From contig JAYUVP010000310.1 of assembly GCA_043753995.1 (NCBI GenBank), forward strand, positions 1-29,880: DNA of 29,880 bases. The letters are read 5' to 3'. Numbering within the stretch: position 1 is the first letter of the stretch; each line of letters starts with the position of its first letter. The notes under the pieces were generated by a model that was not told where the DNA came from, ran no database searches, and saw only the letters and a list, made by a program, of their open reading frames with translations. Source of the stretch: Fibrobacterota bacterium. Its GTDB lineage: Bacteria; Fibrobacterota; Fibrobacteria; UBA11236. Positions 8,770 to 17,945 of the stretch are shown here, piece after piece. The position numbers and the translations under genes were made by a program.

Positions 8770-9957
8770 ATGATGATTGAACCCAAAGTCCGCGGATTTC
8801 TGTGCACCACCACCCATCCCCTGGGCTGTGCCGAAAACGTGAAACAGCAAATCGCCTATGTGAAAGGCCGGGGAGCCATTGCGGGGGGCCCGAAAAAGGC
8901 CCTCGTCATCGGCTGCTCCGCCGGCTTTGGACTCGCTTCACGCATCAGCGCTGCCTTCGGATCGGGCGCAGCCACCTTCGGTGTCGCCTTTGAGCGTCCT
9001 GCCGAAAGAGGTCGCACCGCCTCGCCTGGCTGGTATAATAGCGTGGCCTTTGACCATCAAGCGCAGGCCGCCGGACTTTATGCCAAAAGCATTATGGGCG
9101 ATGCCTTCTCCGAAGAGGTCAAGCAGCAGGCTTTCGACGCCATTGCCGCCGACATGGGTCCCATCGATCTTTTCATTTACAGCCTGGCTTCCCCACGGCG
9201 CACCCGCCCCAGCGACGGCATCACCTATAAGAGCGCGCTCAAAACCATCGGCGCCTCGCACACCAATAAGACCCTCGAATTCAATTCGGGCGTGGTGAGC
9301 ATGCACACCCTTGAGCCCGCCATAGACGAGGAAATCGCCCACACCATCATGGTCATGGGCGGCGAAGATTGGGCGCTTTGGGTCGACGGCCTGCAAAAAC
9401 GTGGGCTGCTCGCTCCCGGTTTCGTCACCGTGGCCTATAGCTATCACGGCCCCATCATCACCGAAACCATTTATCGCAAGGGCACTATTGGCCGCGCCAA
9501 GGACGATCTTGAGCGTACCGCCAAGGATCTGGACGTCAAGCTCAGCGCCGACGCAAAGATCAAAGGACACGCCTTTGTCTCGGTGAACAAAGCCCTCGTT
9601 ACCCAGGCCAGCTCAGCCATTCCCTATATGCCCCTTTACATCAGCCTGCTTTACAAGGTGATGAAAGAGAAAAAGTGCCACGAAGGTTGCATCGAACAAA
9701 TTGATCGCCTCTTCCGTGACAAGCTTTACGGAAACAAACCCGTGCCCGTCGATGAAACCGGACGCGTGCGTGTCGACGATTGGGAATTCCGCGCCGACGT
9801 GCAAAGCGAAGTACAAGCCCTCTGGCAGCAAGTCACCACCGAAAACGTCGCGCAACTCGCTGACCTCGAAGGCTATCGCACCGAATTCCTCAAGCTATAT
9901 GGCTTCAAGGTCGATGGCGTCGATTATAGCGCCGAAGTGCCCGACAGCGCGATTTGA
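8770..9957 (+). CDS. fabV: Trans-2-enoyl-ACP/CoA reductase FabV
   Basis: MMIEPKVRGFLCTTTHP, GCSAGFGLASRI, YSLASPRR, VMGGEDW, KALVTQASSAIP, HEGCIEQ. Confidence 0.95.
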   Translation: MMIEPKVRGFLCTTTHPLGCAENVKQQIAYVKGRGAIAGGPKKALVIGCSAGFGLASRISAAFGSGAATFGVAFERPAERGRTASPGWYNSVAFDHQAQAAGLYAKSIMGDAFSEEVKQQAFDAIAADMGPIDLFIYSLASPRRTRPSDGITYKSALKTIGASHTNKTLEFNSGVVSMHTLEPAIDEEIAHTIMVMGGEDWALWVDGLQKRGLLAPGFVTVAYSYHGPIITETIYRKGTIGRAKDDLERTAKDLDVKLSADAKIKGHAFVSVNKALVTQASSAIPYMPLYISLLYKVMKEKKCHEGCIEQIDRLFRDKLYGNKPVPVDETGRVRVDDWEFRADVQSEVQALWQQVTTENVAQLADLEGYRTEFLKLYGFKVDGVDYSAEVPDSAI

Positions 9958-9968
9958 TTTTTTGAATC

Positions 9969-10046
9969 TCGGGGGCGGCTCTTCCGCCCCCCGTCTCGGC
10001 CCGCCTTATTCTCGGGGCCCGGTCGGCCTCGCCTTCCCCACCGGCG
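9969..10046. repeat. REP-like GC-rich repeat, copy A
   Basis: 70/78 identical to 13534-13611; begins with hairpin GGGGGCGG-ctctt-CCGCCCCC; lies between convergent genes. Confidence 0.85.
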
Positions 10047-10068
10047 TTCCCTTGGGAAAAGCGAATGC

Positions 10069-12732
10069 CTAAGGCTTTCGCCAACCTAGGATAGTCAAGT
10101 CGTCGATAAGCATATTCGACCGGGTAACTGCGGCATTGTCTTCCTTACTCAATTGCAAAAATAAACCCGTGACCCGATTGAGACTGAAAGGCATCGGATC
10201 GGTCGACCAAGCTGGTTGGGCGAACTCTCCTGGATTGACGCCCACCCGCAGGTATACCGTGAATTTCTTCCACTCCGTGGTGATAGAAACCATAGACTGA
10301 TAATAAGCTTCACTGAGAATGTTATTCGTTTGAACTATAAAACGCAGATTCAAATTCGTATCGGCCTTGGCATAAAAAGTGAATGCGGTAGCGCCGGTTA
10401 AATTCACTACGCTGTCGGCAATAGGTTTCAAGGGCGTGTAATAGCCTACATAATTCCCAAATGTACAGCCCGTACCGCAAGTCGGGTTCACATTGCCAAA
10501 GCGAAAATTCAAGAGCAGGGCTCCAGTCGTTCCGGCATTTCCGACGCCCCAGCTACTGGCAGTGATCGTTGTAGGCCGGGTCGTTGTGTCCCCGCTGAGT
10601 ACCCGCGAATTGCCGCCACCTTGGGAATCGTCAACAAAGGACCAATATCCACCGAGGGAATTGAGCGTGCTGCGCTTTTCAAAATCCGAAACAATCTCGT
10701 CACTCGCCGTATCGCGCTGCACGGTCAGGGTATAAGTCAAGGTGTTACCCGCCTCGGCGAGACTGATGACACGAATCTGCGTTGTAGCTCCAGTCAAGAC
10801 AATCGAATCCGTGGCGGTATTCTTGGCGAAAGCATTGCCGTTCAGGGTCAACTTGGTCGTGGTCGCCTGAGCCGCGACGGAGATCGTCACGGAGTTAGTC
10901 CGGTAAGGCGCCTGCACGGTATAGTTGTAAATAGTATCACGAAATGAAGGCGATACCGGTCCCAGAGAAGTGAGCAAGGATTGCAAAAGGGCACTGCTGT
11001 TCGCGGCCCTAGTGACACTGATGAGGTAATTCTGGTGTATGTTGGTGTCTTGTGCCGTCACCACGACGTCAAGGAGATTGACCCCGACATTCAGGTTAAT
11101 GGCAGCTGTCGTATTTCCCGAGGTTAGGGGGGTGCCCTTGACCTTGAGAGTCGCCTTAGAATTCGAGGCAACCGAGGCATTGACTTTCACGGAAGTCACG
11201 CTGTTCGCGACGCTTGCCGAATAGATATAGCGATTGGCCCGAAATGCGGTGTCAAAGTCAATGCCGACCAAGGACAATTCGCTCAAAGCCGCCGAGGTGG
11301 AAGGCGAAACGGTCACCCGTACCGAATCGATCGCGAATAAGCCATCGTCGTCGATGGCGCGCAGGACATAATCGAAGGTGCCGGGCGTTGCCGCCGCGAA
11401 TTGCGTGTCCGGCGAAGCCAGACGATAGATGCCACCTATGCGCCACTCGGTTCGCACAATATCCCCAAGATCGTCCGAGGCCTGGCCGCGCAATCGGATC
11501 ACGCCTCCCACGGGGACTATGGTATCGACGCCAGCATAGACCTTGGGCGAATCGATCACGACTTTCACATGAGCCGAAGCGGCATTGGCGATGCGGCCCA
11601 CCGAATCCTCGAGACGCGCGCGCACGGTGATTTCCTTGGGGACTGGAAAGCGCAAACCTTGTTTGAAAACCCTCACGCCTGCCGCTACGGGTTGTGGCGT
11701 CCCGAAGGTGCCGGTGCCCAAATCCCAGGCCATGGTCGCCAAGCCAGACGTACCAGGTGTTCCCGTGGTGACCCATGTCAGAGTATCACCAATCGTGACC
11801 GTGGTATCATTGGGGCGAAGCGCCGAAAGGATGGGATCACTGACGGCAAGCAAGGTGAGGGTCAAGGTATCGACGGCGGCTTGACCATCGTCGTCAGTGG
11901 CACGAAAAACACAAATGATTGGTCCCGTAGAATCGGGCGCAGTGAAAGTCAATTGCCCCAAAGTGTCCGCATCTTGGAAACCCTGATTGCCGATTTTCCA
12001 TTCGCGTTTGACGATGCGCCCCAGAGTGTCTTCGGCTTGCCCCCGCAAACTCACTTGGGAAAGTTTTCTGTTTCCAAGATCGGGGCCCGCATTCGCCTTC
12101 GGGAAGTCCTGACGTATCGAAATCCGTAAGGTGTCAAAAATCACCATGCCCCAGGCATCGGAAATACGCAGCTTCACCAAGTACTCGCCCGCGAGCGCAT
12201 AGCGATATCCTCCGACGAGGGGAGCTACGGTATCCAGCAAGAGGCCCGCCTCATCAAAGCGCCCGTCCCCTTGATAATCCCAGGCAAAAGCTTTCAGAGG
12301 CTTTCCCCGCCCCTCGGCAAGAGCGGAAAAGGCCACCGAATCACCGATGGTTTGCGCCGCCACAGCCTTGATGCGCAAGAAGGGCAGCGCCAAATCCTTG
12401 TCTTCCACAAGGCTAACGGTGCGACTGCTTCCATCATATTGCCGAACCTGATAATGAATGAGGCCGCCCTGGGCGAATCCCCGCAAGATTAAGGTCGTGG
12501 GCCCGCCGGCATACTCGTCGGCAAGAATGCGTACGGTGTCCTCGCCCGCCGCACGCGCGCCTTCGTGAACCAAGGAGGTGTCTCCGGGTTGCCGAACCCA
12601 GGTCACGGTGAGACTGTCGGCGTCATTCCAAGAATTGTCTAGAATCACGGCAAAATAAACCTTGCCGGGTGTTTCCGTGGTTTGGCAACCAAATAGCCAC
12701 AAAAGGCCTAGAATCAAGTAAACCCGTTTCAT
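10069..12732 (-). CDS. Large lipoprotein: PKD/Ig-like repeats, two cadherin-like beta-sandwiches, C-terminal CBM11/CIA30-like domain
   Basis: Lipobox LFGC (Cys16); WDYQGDG/WDLGTG and PKANAGPD/PKVYAGVD repeats; NYLISVTRA and TYTLTVQR; C-terminal SDFE...GGYW...FTFYAK...QPAW...IDDL. Confidence 0.75.
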   Translation of the reverse strand: MKRVYLILGLLWLFGCQTTETPGKVYFAVILDNSWNDADSLTVTWVRQPGDTSLVHEGARAAGEDTVRILADEYAGGPTTLILRGFAQGGLIHYQVRQYDGSSRTVSLVEDKDLALPFLRIKAVAAQTIGDSVAFSALAEGRGKPLKAFAWDYQGDGRFDEAGLLLDTVAPLVGGYRYALAGEYLVKLRISDAWGMVIFDTLRISIRQDFPKANAGPDLGNRKLSQVSLRGQAEDTLGRIVKREWKIGNQGFQDADTLGQLTFTAPDSTGPIICVFRATDDDGQAAVDTLTLTLLAVSDPILSALRPNDTTVTIGDTLTWVTTGTPGTSGLATMAWDLGTGTFGTPQPVAAGVRVFKQGLRFPVPKEITVRARLEDSVGRIANAASAHVKVVIDSPKVYAGVDTIVPVGGVIRLRGQASDDLGDIVRTEWRIGGIYRLASPDTQFAAATPGTFDYVLRAIDDDGLFAIDSVRVTVSPSTSAALSELSLVGIDFDTAFRANRYIYSASVANSVTSVKVNASVASNSKATLKVKGTPLTSGNTTAAINLNVGVNLLDVVVTAQDTNIHQNYLISVTRAANSSALLQSLLTSLGPVSPSFRDTIYNYTVQAPYRTNSVTISVAAQATTTKLTLNGNAFAKNTATDSIVLTGATTQIRVISLAEAGNTLTYTLTVQRDTASDEIVSDFEKRSTLNSLGGYWSFVDDSQGGGNSRVLSGDTTTRPTTITASSWGVGNAGTTGALLLNFRFGNVNPTCGTGCTFGNYVGYYTPLKPIADSVVNLTGATAFTFYAKADTNLNLRFIVQTNNILSEAYYQSMVSITTEWKKFTVYLRVGVNPGEFAQPAWSTDPMPFSLNRVTGLFLQLSKEDNAAVTRSNMLIDDLTILGWRKP

Positions 12733-13418
12733 GGCGCCTTCGCTTTCGAATCCACAGGGTAAATCACATCGGCTCCCGTTTTTTCGGTGGGTTCAGCGAG
12801 CACTAGATAGGCCGTGGTGCCCACGGCAATAAGCCCCGCCCCGGCTAGCGGCCACAGCCACCAACCATTCCCAGATTTTTTCGGTGCCATTTTAGGCGAA
12901 GAGGTATTCTCTTTCGAAGCCGATTTTGACGCCGGAGCCGCAACACTATTGGCCGGTAGCGGCGGCTCCGCCGCAGAGACGACGGTGGGAGCAGCACTGG
13001 ACTTTGCCTGGGGAGAGGCCGAAACGGCGGGGCGCGTCTCAAACTCCTCCTTCACCTTGGTGAAAATGCGATCAATTTCGTCGCTGATAATCATGTCCAC
13101 AAGCTTGGCATTGGGGTCAAGTGCCAACAGTTGATACATGTGGTATTTACCCTTCTCGCGCGTGTCAGGATTCGCCGAATAAATCACCGAAAGATGTTTT
13201 TGGATGAATAAACTATCGCTTCGAGAATAGGCGTTCTGACCTTTTTGAAAGGCGAGCATTTTAGCCTCGGCTTTCTCGAATTCGCCGTCGGTATAGAGCG
13301 AGTGAATCGCGTCTTGATTCAGCCCCTTCGGGTTGGACGCAGCGAAAACCGTGGGGAGGGCACCCATCACCAAAATGACCCCTAAAACGCGAAAAAGCAT
13401 CACAACCTGCATATTCAC
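12729..13418 (-). CDS. Exported helical protein with Ala/Pro/Ser linker and C-terminal TM anchor
   Basis: Signal peptide, TPR-like helical region, low-complexity linker, WWLWPLAGAGLIAVGTTAYLVL. ATGA overlap with the lipoprotein gene. Confidence 0.7.
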   Translation of the reverse strand: MNMQVVMLFRVLGVILVMGALPTVFAASNPKGLNQDAIHSLYTDGEFEKAEAKMLAFQKGQNAYSRSDSLFIQKHLSVIYSANPDTREKGKYHMYQLLALDPNAKLVDMIISDEIDRIFTKVKEEFETRPAVSASPQAKSSAAPTVVSAAEPPLPANSVAAPASKSASKENTSSPKMAPKKSGNGWWLWPLAGAGLIAVGTTAYLVLAEPTEKTGADVIYPVDSKAKAP

Positions 13419-13533
13419 CTACCTGAGATTTCGGTCTCGTTCTTCAACAAAGCTAAGACCTTTTACCGCCTAGTCATTTGAAAATGAATCCTTGTTTCTC
13501 AGAGATGCCCACGGTTATGGGAGGATAGGAAGA

Positions 13534-13611
13534 TCGGGGGCGGTTCTACCGCCCCCCGGTTCGGCCTGCCTTATTCTTAGGGACCGGTCGGCCTCGCCTT
13601 CCCCACCGGCG
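13534..13611. repeat. REP-like GC-rich repeat, copy B
   Basis: 70/78 identical to 9969-10046. Confidence 0.85.
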
Positions 13612-13643
13612 ATTCCCTGCAAGCGATAGCCCATGTTCTAGCG

Positions 13644-13897
13644 CTACCTGAATTCTGCCAAGATCCCATCAGGCCGAATGAGTTTGGCAATATTCGCGTA
13701 TGGAATAAGAATGTCCTCTGGGTCTCCCACCATTTCGGCACGGAAAAGTATTCCGTCATGCATGAGGGCAAAACCATTTTTCACCAAGTTATCCGCAGTG
13801 ACGGCTGCGGCGATTTTTCCTGTCGTTTGGGTTCGCAAGCAAAGAGGAATATGGCCAAGGTGGCCACGATGGAAATCGGGAATACAAGGTGGCGCAT
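13644..13897 (-). pseudogene. Frameshifted, internally deleted lipoprotein remnant (DUF3298/RsiV-like C-terminus)
   Basis: 13897-13781 encodes MRHLVFPISIVATLAIFLFAC-EPK... (lipobox) and then stops. A different frame continues NGFALMHDGILF...ILIPYANIAKLIRPDGILAEFR* to 13644. Confidence 0.5.
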
Positions 13898-14023
13898 GGT
13901 TCCCATGAAAGCTAGGCGGGGGGTTGAGGAATGGCGAAGAATTTAGGCAAGTCATCCCATTGGCTTTGATTCGTCACACGGGTATTTGGATGAATGTTAA
14001 CCTTTAACCGAGGTGTGTTCTCT

Positions 14024-14752
14024 ATGCCCATAAACTCTAGGCCATCCCATCGCCTGCACTCGCCCCACCTCGCCTTGCGCCTTGCACTGGCTGGCTTGCT
14101 GATGAGTGGCTGCCAAAAAACCGAAGAACCCGAGATCGCCCCTGAGGCGAAAGGGGCATTGTATCAATGCCTTGACAAGGAACCAGGCCTGGCCAAGAGC
14201 GCATCCACCCAAGCCGACTCCACGGGGAGTGCATCAACCGACCCTATCCAGACGGATGGCGATTCGGCACGCGATACCGCGCGGCGTATTGTTATCCAAG
14301 ACCTGAGGGGTTTTCCTCCCGTTCGTGGGATGGAACCCATCCCAGTGAAAAGCTCGATGAATGACTCGCGCACGACTTCTTCGCCAGTCCTTTCGTCGCC
14401 CTCCAATTCAAATATCGGTTGGATAGAACCCGTGAATTTGGGCAGTGCGCCAGTTTTGCCATCGCCTTGTCTGGCCTTGGTTTCGGTGGCAACCGCCACG
14501 AGCTACCATGCCAAAAACGTGCTGCTAAATAGCCAATGCCAGGTGGTGCGCGAGTTTGAATACGATTACGCCACCGGCGATTCGCTCAAGACCATGGTGA
14601 CCTATATCGCTTGGGATTTGAAAGATTCCCAGCAGCATTATGTCGCTGCGGGATCGTATTACTGGAATATCGAAGTGACGGCAGGTGAGGCCAAAATGCT
14701 ATATCGCCAACGTCCCAACGTGATGCGCAGCGAGGCCTGTCCACTGCAATAA
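14024..14752 (+). CDS. Lipoprotein with C-terminal FlgD-Ig-like domain
   Basis: GAGGTG before ATG 14024; lipobox LMSGC; Ser/Pro-rich linker; IAWDLKDSQQHYVAAGSYYW resembles WDGKD..G..V..G.Y. Confidence 0.6.
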   Translation: MPINSRPSHRLHSPHLALRLALAGLLMSGCQKTEEPEIAPEAKGALYQCLDKEPGLAKSASTQADSTGSASTDPIQTDGDSARDTARRIVIQDLRGFPPVRGMEPIPVKSSMNDSRTTSSPVLSSPSNSNIGWIEPVNLGSAPVLPSPCLALVSVATATSYHAKNVLLNSQCQVVREFEYDYATGDSLKTMVTYIAWDLKDSQQHYVAAGSYYWNIEVTAGEAKMLYRQRPNVMRSEACPLQ

Positions 14753-14845
14753 CGCGCGAAAGGGGGCGGGCGGCTGACGTTTCCGTCTCCGCCCTTGGCG
14801 CACGCCGAAAGGATTGGCCCTGCCAAGAATCAGGCTTTCCCAGGC

Positions 14846-16267
14846 TTAAGCCAACAAAGAATCGTCCTTATACAATTCGCGTATCACCACGTCCCAACAA
14901 TTGCGATCGAAATCGTGATTGCCATTCCAATAGCGATTTTGCAACCGGAAGCCGATAAGCGACAAGCGATGCAAGGTGGAAAACTCCTCGGCGCCTAAAA
15001 CCAGATTGCGCGGCGTGCGCACCTTGAGATTGGCAAGTTCAATGCCATGCGGCGTGGGAGCCCGCCCAGATCCATCGGCAAAATCCGATGCCAAAATATC
15101 TTCGGGGTGAAAGACATTGAGCCATGTCGCTGGTGCCTCGCCCCAGGATTGACGATTGGTGTAATAGCGCGGCCAAATCGCGCGCACGAAATCATAAGGA
15201 CAACCAATCGTGACTAGGCCAGTCACGGTGCGATAGCGCTGCTCGGGTAAAGAGCGAGGGAAAAGCGCGTCGATGGCCAGCAAACTGCCAAAGCCCTGGG
15301 CGAAGAGATGCACTTGGCGATAGGCCATGCCCTTGCCGCCCTTTTCCACAATCGATTCAAGCAAGGCCGAGAGCTGGCCGACCAAGGGACCTTGATCTAA
15401 GCCCGTTTGAATATAGCGCGCGGCGAAAGTGAGCTTTTCGGCATTGCGGGTAAAGGTGCGCTTAATGTCGCCCTTGATTAAAAGGCTGGCGGCGGCACCA
15501 ATCACAATCAAGGCTTCCAGCAGTCGAGCCAGGAGATGGAAATCAATGGGCAATGTTTGGAAAACACGCCCCGAAGTATTCGGCACAGCCGGTAATTTTG
15601 GCCAGGCGAAATGAGCATCCGGCCCGGCCATGAGGACAGAATTGACGCCCCAGTCCACCACCGAAACACCGACCTTGCCCAAATAGCTGCCGGTTTGCAT
15701 CACATGATGAAAGGCCATGGCCAAAATCAATAGTGCGAATAAGGCACCGAGTGCGCCGAATACCGTGGCCAAACCGATTTGCACCTTGTGACGTAACCGC
15801 AGGGATTGGCCAAAAATCAAGGCCTGCAATAGGCGCAGCGAAACCGAAAAACCGAGGCCGGCCACACGAAATACCTGGGTTGCGGCCGAGCGCCGGCTGC
15901 GGTCCTGCTCGTGAAACTGGGTATAGTCGAGCAAATACAAGTCGGCGATGGGCGCCTCTTTAAAGCCATCTTTGCGCACCAGAGTCGCCACTTCGACAAG
16001 TCCTGATTTTTGCCTTTCCTGACGAATCTCCTTCACTTCGAAGCTGCTTTCGCCGGTCAAGGCCTGCTTGTCGCAGGCCGCCGCAATGCGTCGCGCCATG
16101 GCCTCAAAAGCCGCCAAGGGCGAACTTTCGCCCATACCCGGTAAAAACACAATGGCGTCGCGGGTCTTATCCAGCGAACGTTTTTCCGTGGGCACGGGCT
16201 TTTCTTCCAATGCGGGAGCTTGAACTTCCGCCGAACGACCCGTAGTCCAATCCTTGGATTCTTCCAC
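14846..16267 (-). CDS. Membrane protein with alpha/beta-hydrolase-like fold
   Basis: IVFLPGMG, central TM helices, VHLFAQGFGSLLAIDAL, LVTIGCP, WLNVFHPEDILA. Confidence 0.6.
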   Translation of the reverse strand: MEESKDWTTGRSAEVQAPALEEKPVPTEKRSLDKTRDAIVFLPGMGESSPLAAFEAMARRIAAACDKQALTGESSFEVKEIRQERQKSGLVEVATLVRKDGFKEAPIADLYLLDYTQFHEQDRSRRSAATQVFRVAGLGFSVSLRLLQALIFGQSLRLRHKVQIGLATVFGALGALFALLILAMAFHHVMQTGSYLGKVGVSVVDWGVNSVLMAGPDAHFAWPKLPAVPNTSGRVFQTLPIDFHLLARLLEALIVIGAAASLLIKGDIKRTFTRNAEKLTFAARYIQTGLDQGPLVGQLSALLESIVEKGGKGMAYRQVHLFAQGFGSLLAIDALFPRSLPEQRYRTVTGLVTIGCPYDFVRAIWPRYYTNRQSWGEAPATWLNVFHPEDILASDFADGSGRAPTPHGIELANLKVRTPRNLVLGAEEFSTLHRLSLIGFRLQNRYWNGNHDFDRNCWDVVIRELYKDDSLLA

Positions 16268-16495
16268 CTTAACATAAGGTGAAGGACCCTTGTCTTTATC
16301 GGTACGAATAGCCGCCTCCCTGCTTTTGGCGCTAAGACCTCAAAAGCCAGAATACGGCATGGTATGGGAAATTCGCAAGGAACTCAGAAGGCTAAAAACA
16401 GAATCAAATATCGAAATCAGAATAAAATCGCCACTTGAAGTTTTACATCCATTATTTCCGATGAAGGACACGCAAATTTCGGCCCAAATTTCGGA

Positions 16496-16720
16496 ATGCA
16501 CGCGGTCGATGCTACGGCTCATTCCCAAGGATTGGTAGCCCAGCTTCTGCGCTTTGTGCTGAAACTCGCCATCAAAATGTCCCGCGAAGTGGGTTGCGCC
16601 GGAGTCGTGGTAGATGCAAAACCGAGCGCTATAGATTTCTATGCGAACTACGGCTTCACCCGACCCCTAGCGTGGTTTTTCAGCGATTCGGCGCGAGTAT
16701 CAAATCCTCGTACTGCTTGA
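16496..16720 (+). pseudogene. C-terminal remnant of a TacT/AtaT-like GNAT acetyltransferase
   Basis: AVDATAHSQGLVAQLL...VGCAGVVVDAKPSAIDFYANYGF. N-terminal half absent, with an in-frame stop about 60 nt upstream. Confidence 0.65.
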
Positions 16721-17285
16721 TCAATAGATCACGACTTTCGGAACCTTCGCCCAAATACCCGAGGCAATGGGCTATCGATTCAATAGTCGCGAGGCCCGCG
16801 TCTTTCGCTTGCCCACGCTTCGAAGCCTTGGGAATATTCAAGGCTATGCGATTCACGCGCAAAAGCCATGAGTTGCGCCACCATAGGGCATGGGCCTGCT
16901 TCCACGAACCATCCAAGATGATAATGCCTTCGAGCGAAGAGGCATCGGCGAGTGGCTCTTCCTTGCGATTGAAAAGATTGAAGGGCTTTTCCAGGGGATG
17001 ATTGCCCTTGAGATAAAGCGCGGCCCATTTGCGCGGCTCGGTTTCAATGCCCGAGGCTTTTTTGATATTCGGCCAAGACAAGCCCACGCGTAAGACGCTA
17101 TTGGGCAAGGCCATGTGGGCCAGCATGGCGGAATTCCACAGCTTGAGCTTTTCTTGGGGATGCTGTAGGATAAGCACGCGTGTACGCGTCGTGACGGTTT
17201 GCACCTTGCCGCACATGCATTGATCCTTGGGACGCAAGCATTCGGCGCAAGCCTGGGTTTTATCGATTTTCTGATTTTGATTCAT
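16680..17285 (-). CDS. DTW-domain tRNA-uridine aminocarboxypropyltransferase (TapT-like)
   Basis: CAECLRPKDQCMC, ILQHPQE, IILDGSWKQA, GLATIESIA. Start 17285, or TTG 17315. Confidence 0.85.
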   Translation of the reverse strand: MNQNQKIDKTQACAECLRPKDQCMCGKVQTVTTRTRVLILQHPQEKLKLWNSAMLAHMALPNSVLRVGLSWPNIKKASGIETEPRKWAALYLKGNHPLEKPFNLFNRKEEPLADASSLEGIIILDGSWKQAHALWWRNSWLLRVNRIALNIPKASKRGQAKDAGLATIESIAHCLGYLGEGSESRDLLIKQYEDLILAPNR

Positions 17286-17311
17286 AGGATTGTCGAGCAG
17301 GTCGGATCGCT

Positions 17312-17830
17312 TCAAGCGGCCTTGGGCTTCCCGTCTATGCCATTCCAGTTATTGGCTGTGCCAATTTCGGCGCCATTCATGCGCGCATACAAGAAAAGCT
17401 GCATGCGGTATGCCGTGATGTATTTCAAGGTATCCGACATCAAGGCCTTGCCCAAGGGTGCCCGCTTACCAAAGAAGACCCCGATTTCTTTTTCGAAATC
17501 GTCATCGCTCAAGGAGGCGAATGCTTTTTCAATGCGGGCCTTTTCGTCGCGCATGGCTTGGGGAAATTGAGCTACATCGAATTGCTTCGCGGCCGCCGAA
17601 CGCTCCTGCATCCCAGCCTTCGGCTTTTCCTCGGACCAGCCCCCAGCAATCCACAATTCCACCGAGGCGCTTCCGATATAGGACAAGTATTGCAGCAATT
17701 CGCGCGTCGAGCGCATTTTCTCCTGGGGTCGCCAGTCAAGCAAACCCTCGGGCAATTTGCCGAAGAGATGCTCTAGCACGTGATATTCATGTACCAGGCT
17801 TTCGAGCAGAGTTTGTTTGAAGTTTTGCAT
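17312..17830 (-). CDS. DinB/YfiT-like four-helix protein
   Basis: LDWRPQEKMRSTRELLQYL ... AYRMQLFLYARMNG; start at MQNFKQ. Confidence 0.7.
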   Translation of the reverse strand: MQNFKQTLLESLVHEYHVLEHLFGKLPEGLLDWRPQEKMRSTRELLQYLSYIGSASVELWIAGGWSEEKPKAGMQERSAAAKQFDVAQFPQAMRDEKARIEKAFASLSDDDFEKEIGVFFGKRAPLGKALMSDTLKYITAYRMQLFLYARMNGAEIGTANNWNGIDGKPKAA

Positions 17831-17895
17831 TGGGACCCCTGCAAGTGAAGCGATGGGGCTGGCATTGCTGCCCTTGCCCAAGGCCGGTGAAGATC

Positions 17896-17925
17896 AAAAA
17901 AGGCGCCCCGTTGTCGAGACGCCTT
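17896..17925 (-). terminator. Intrinsic terminator after nuoG
   Basis: Minus strand AAGGCGTCTCG-acaa-CGGGGCGCCTT followed by a T run. Confidence 0.7.
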
Positions 17926-17945
17926 GCCTATCACTAAGTCAAGCC

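Noticed and set aside
14762..14796. GC hairpin after the FlgD-like lipoprotein
   Set aside because: Imperfect stem without a U-tract; not similar enough to the REP-like family to assign.
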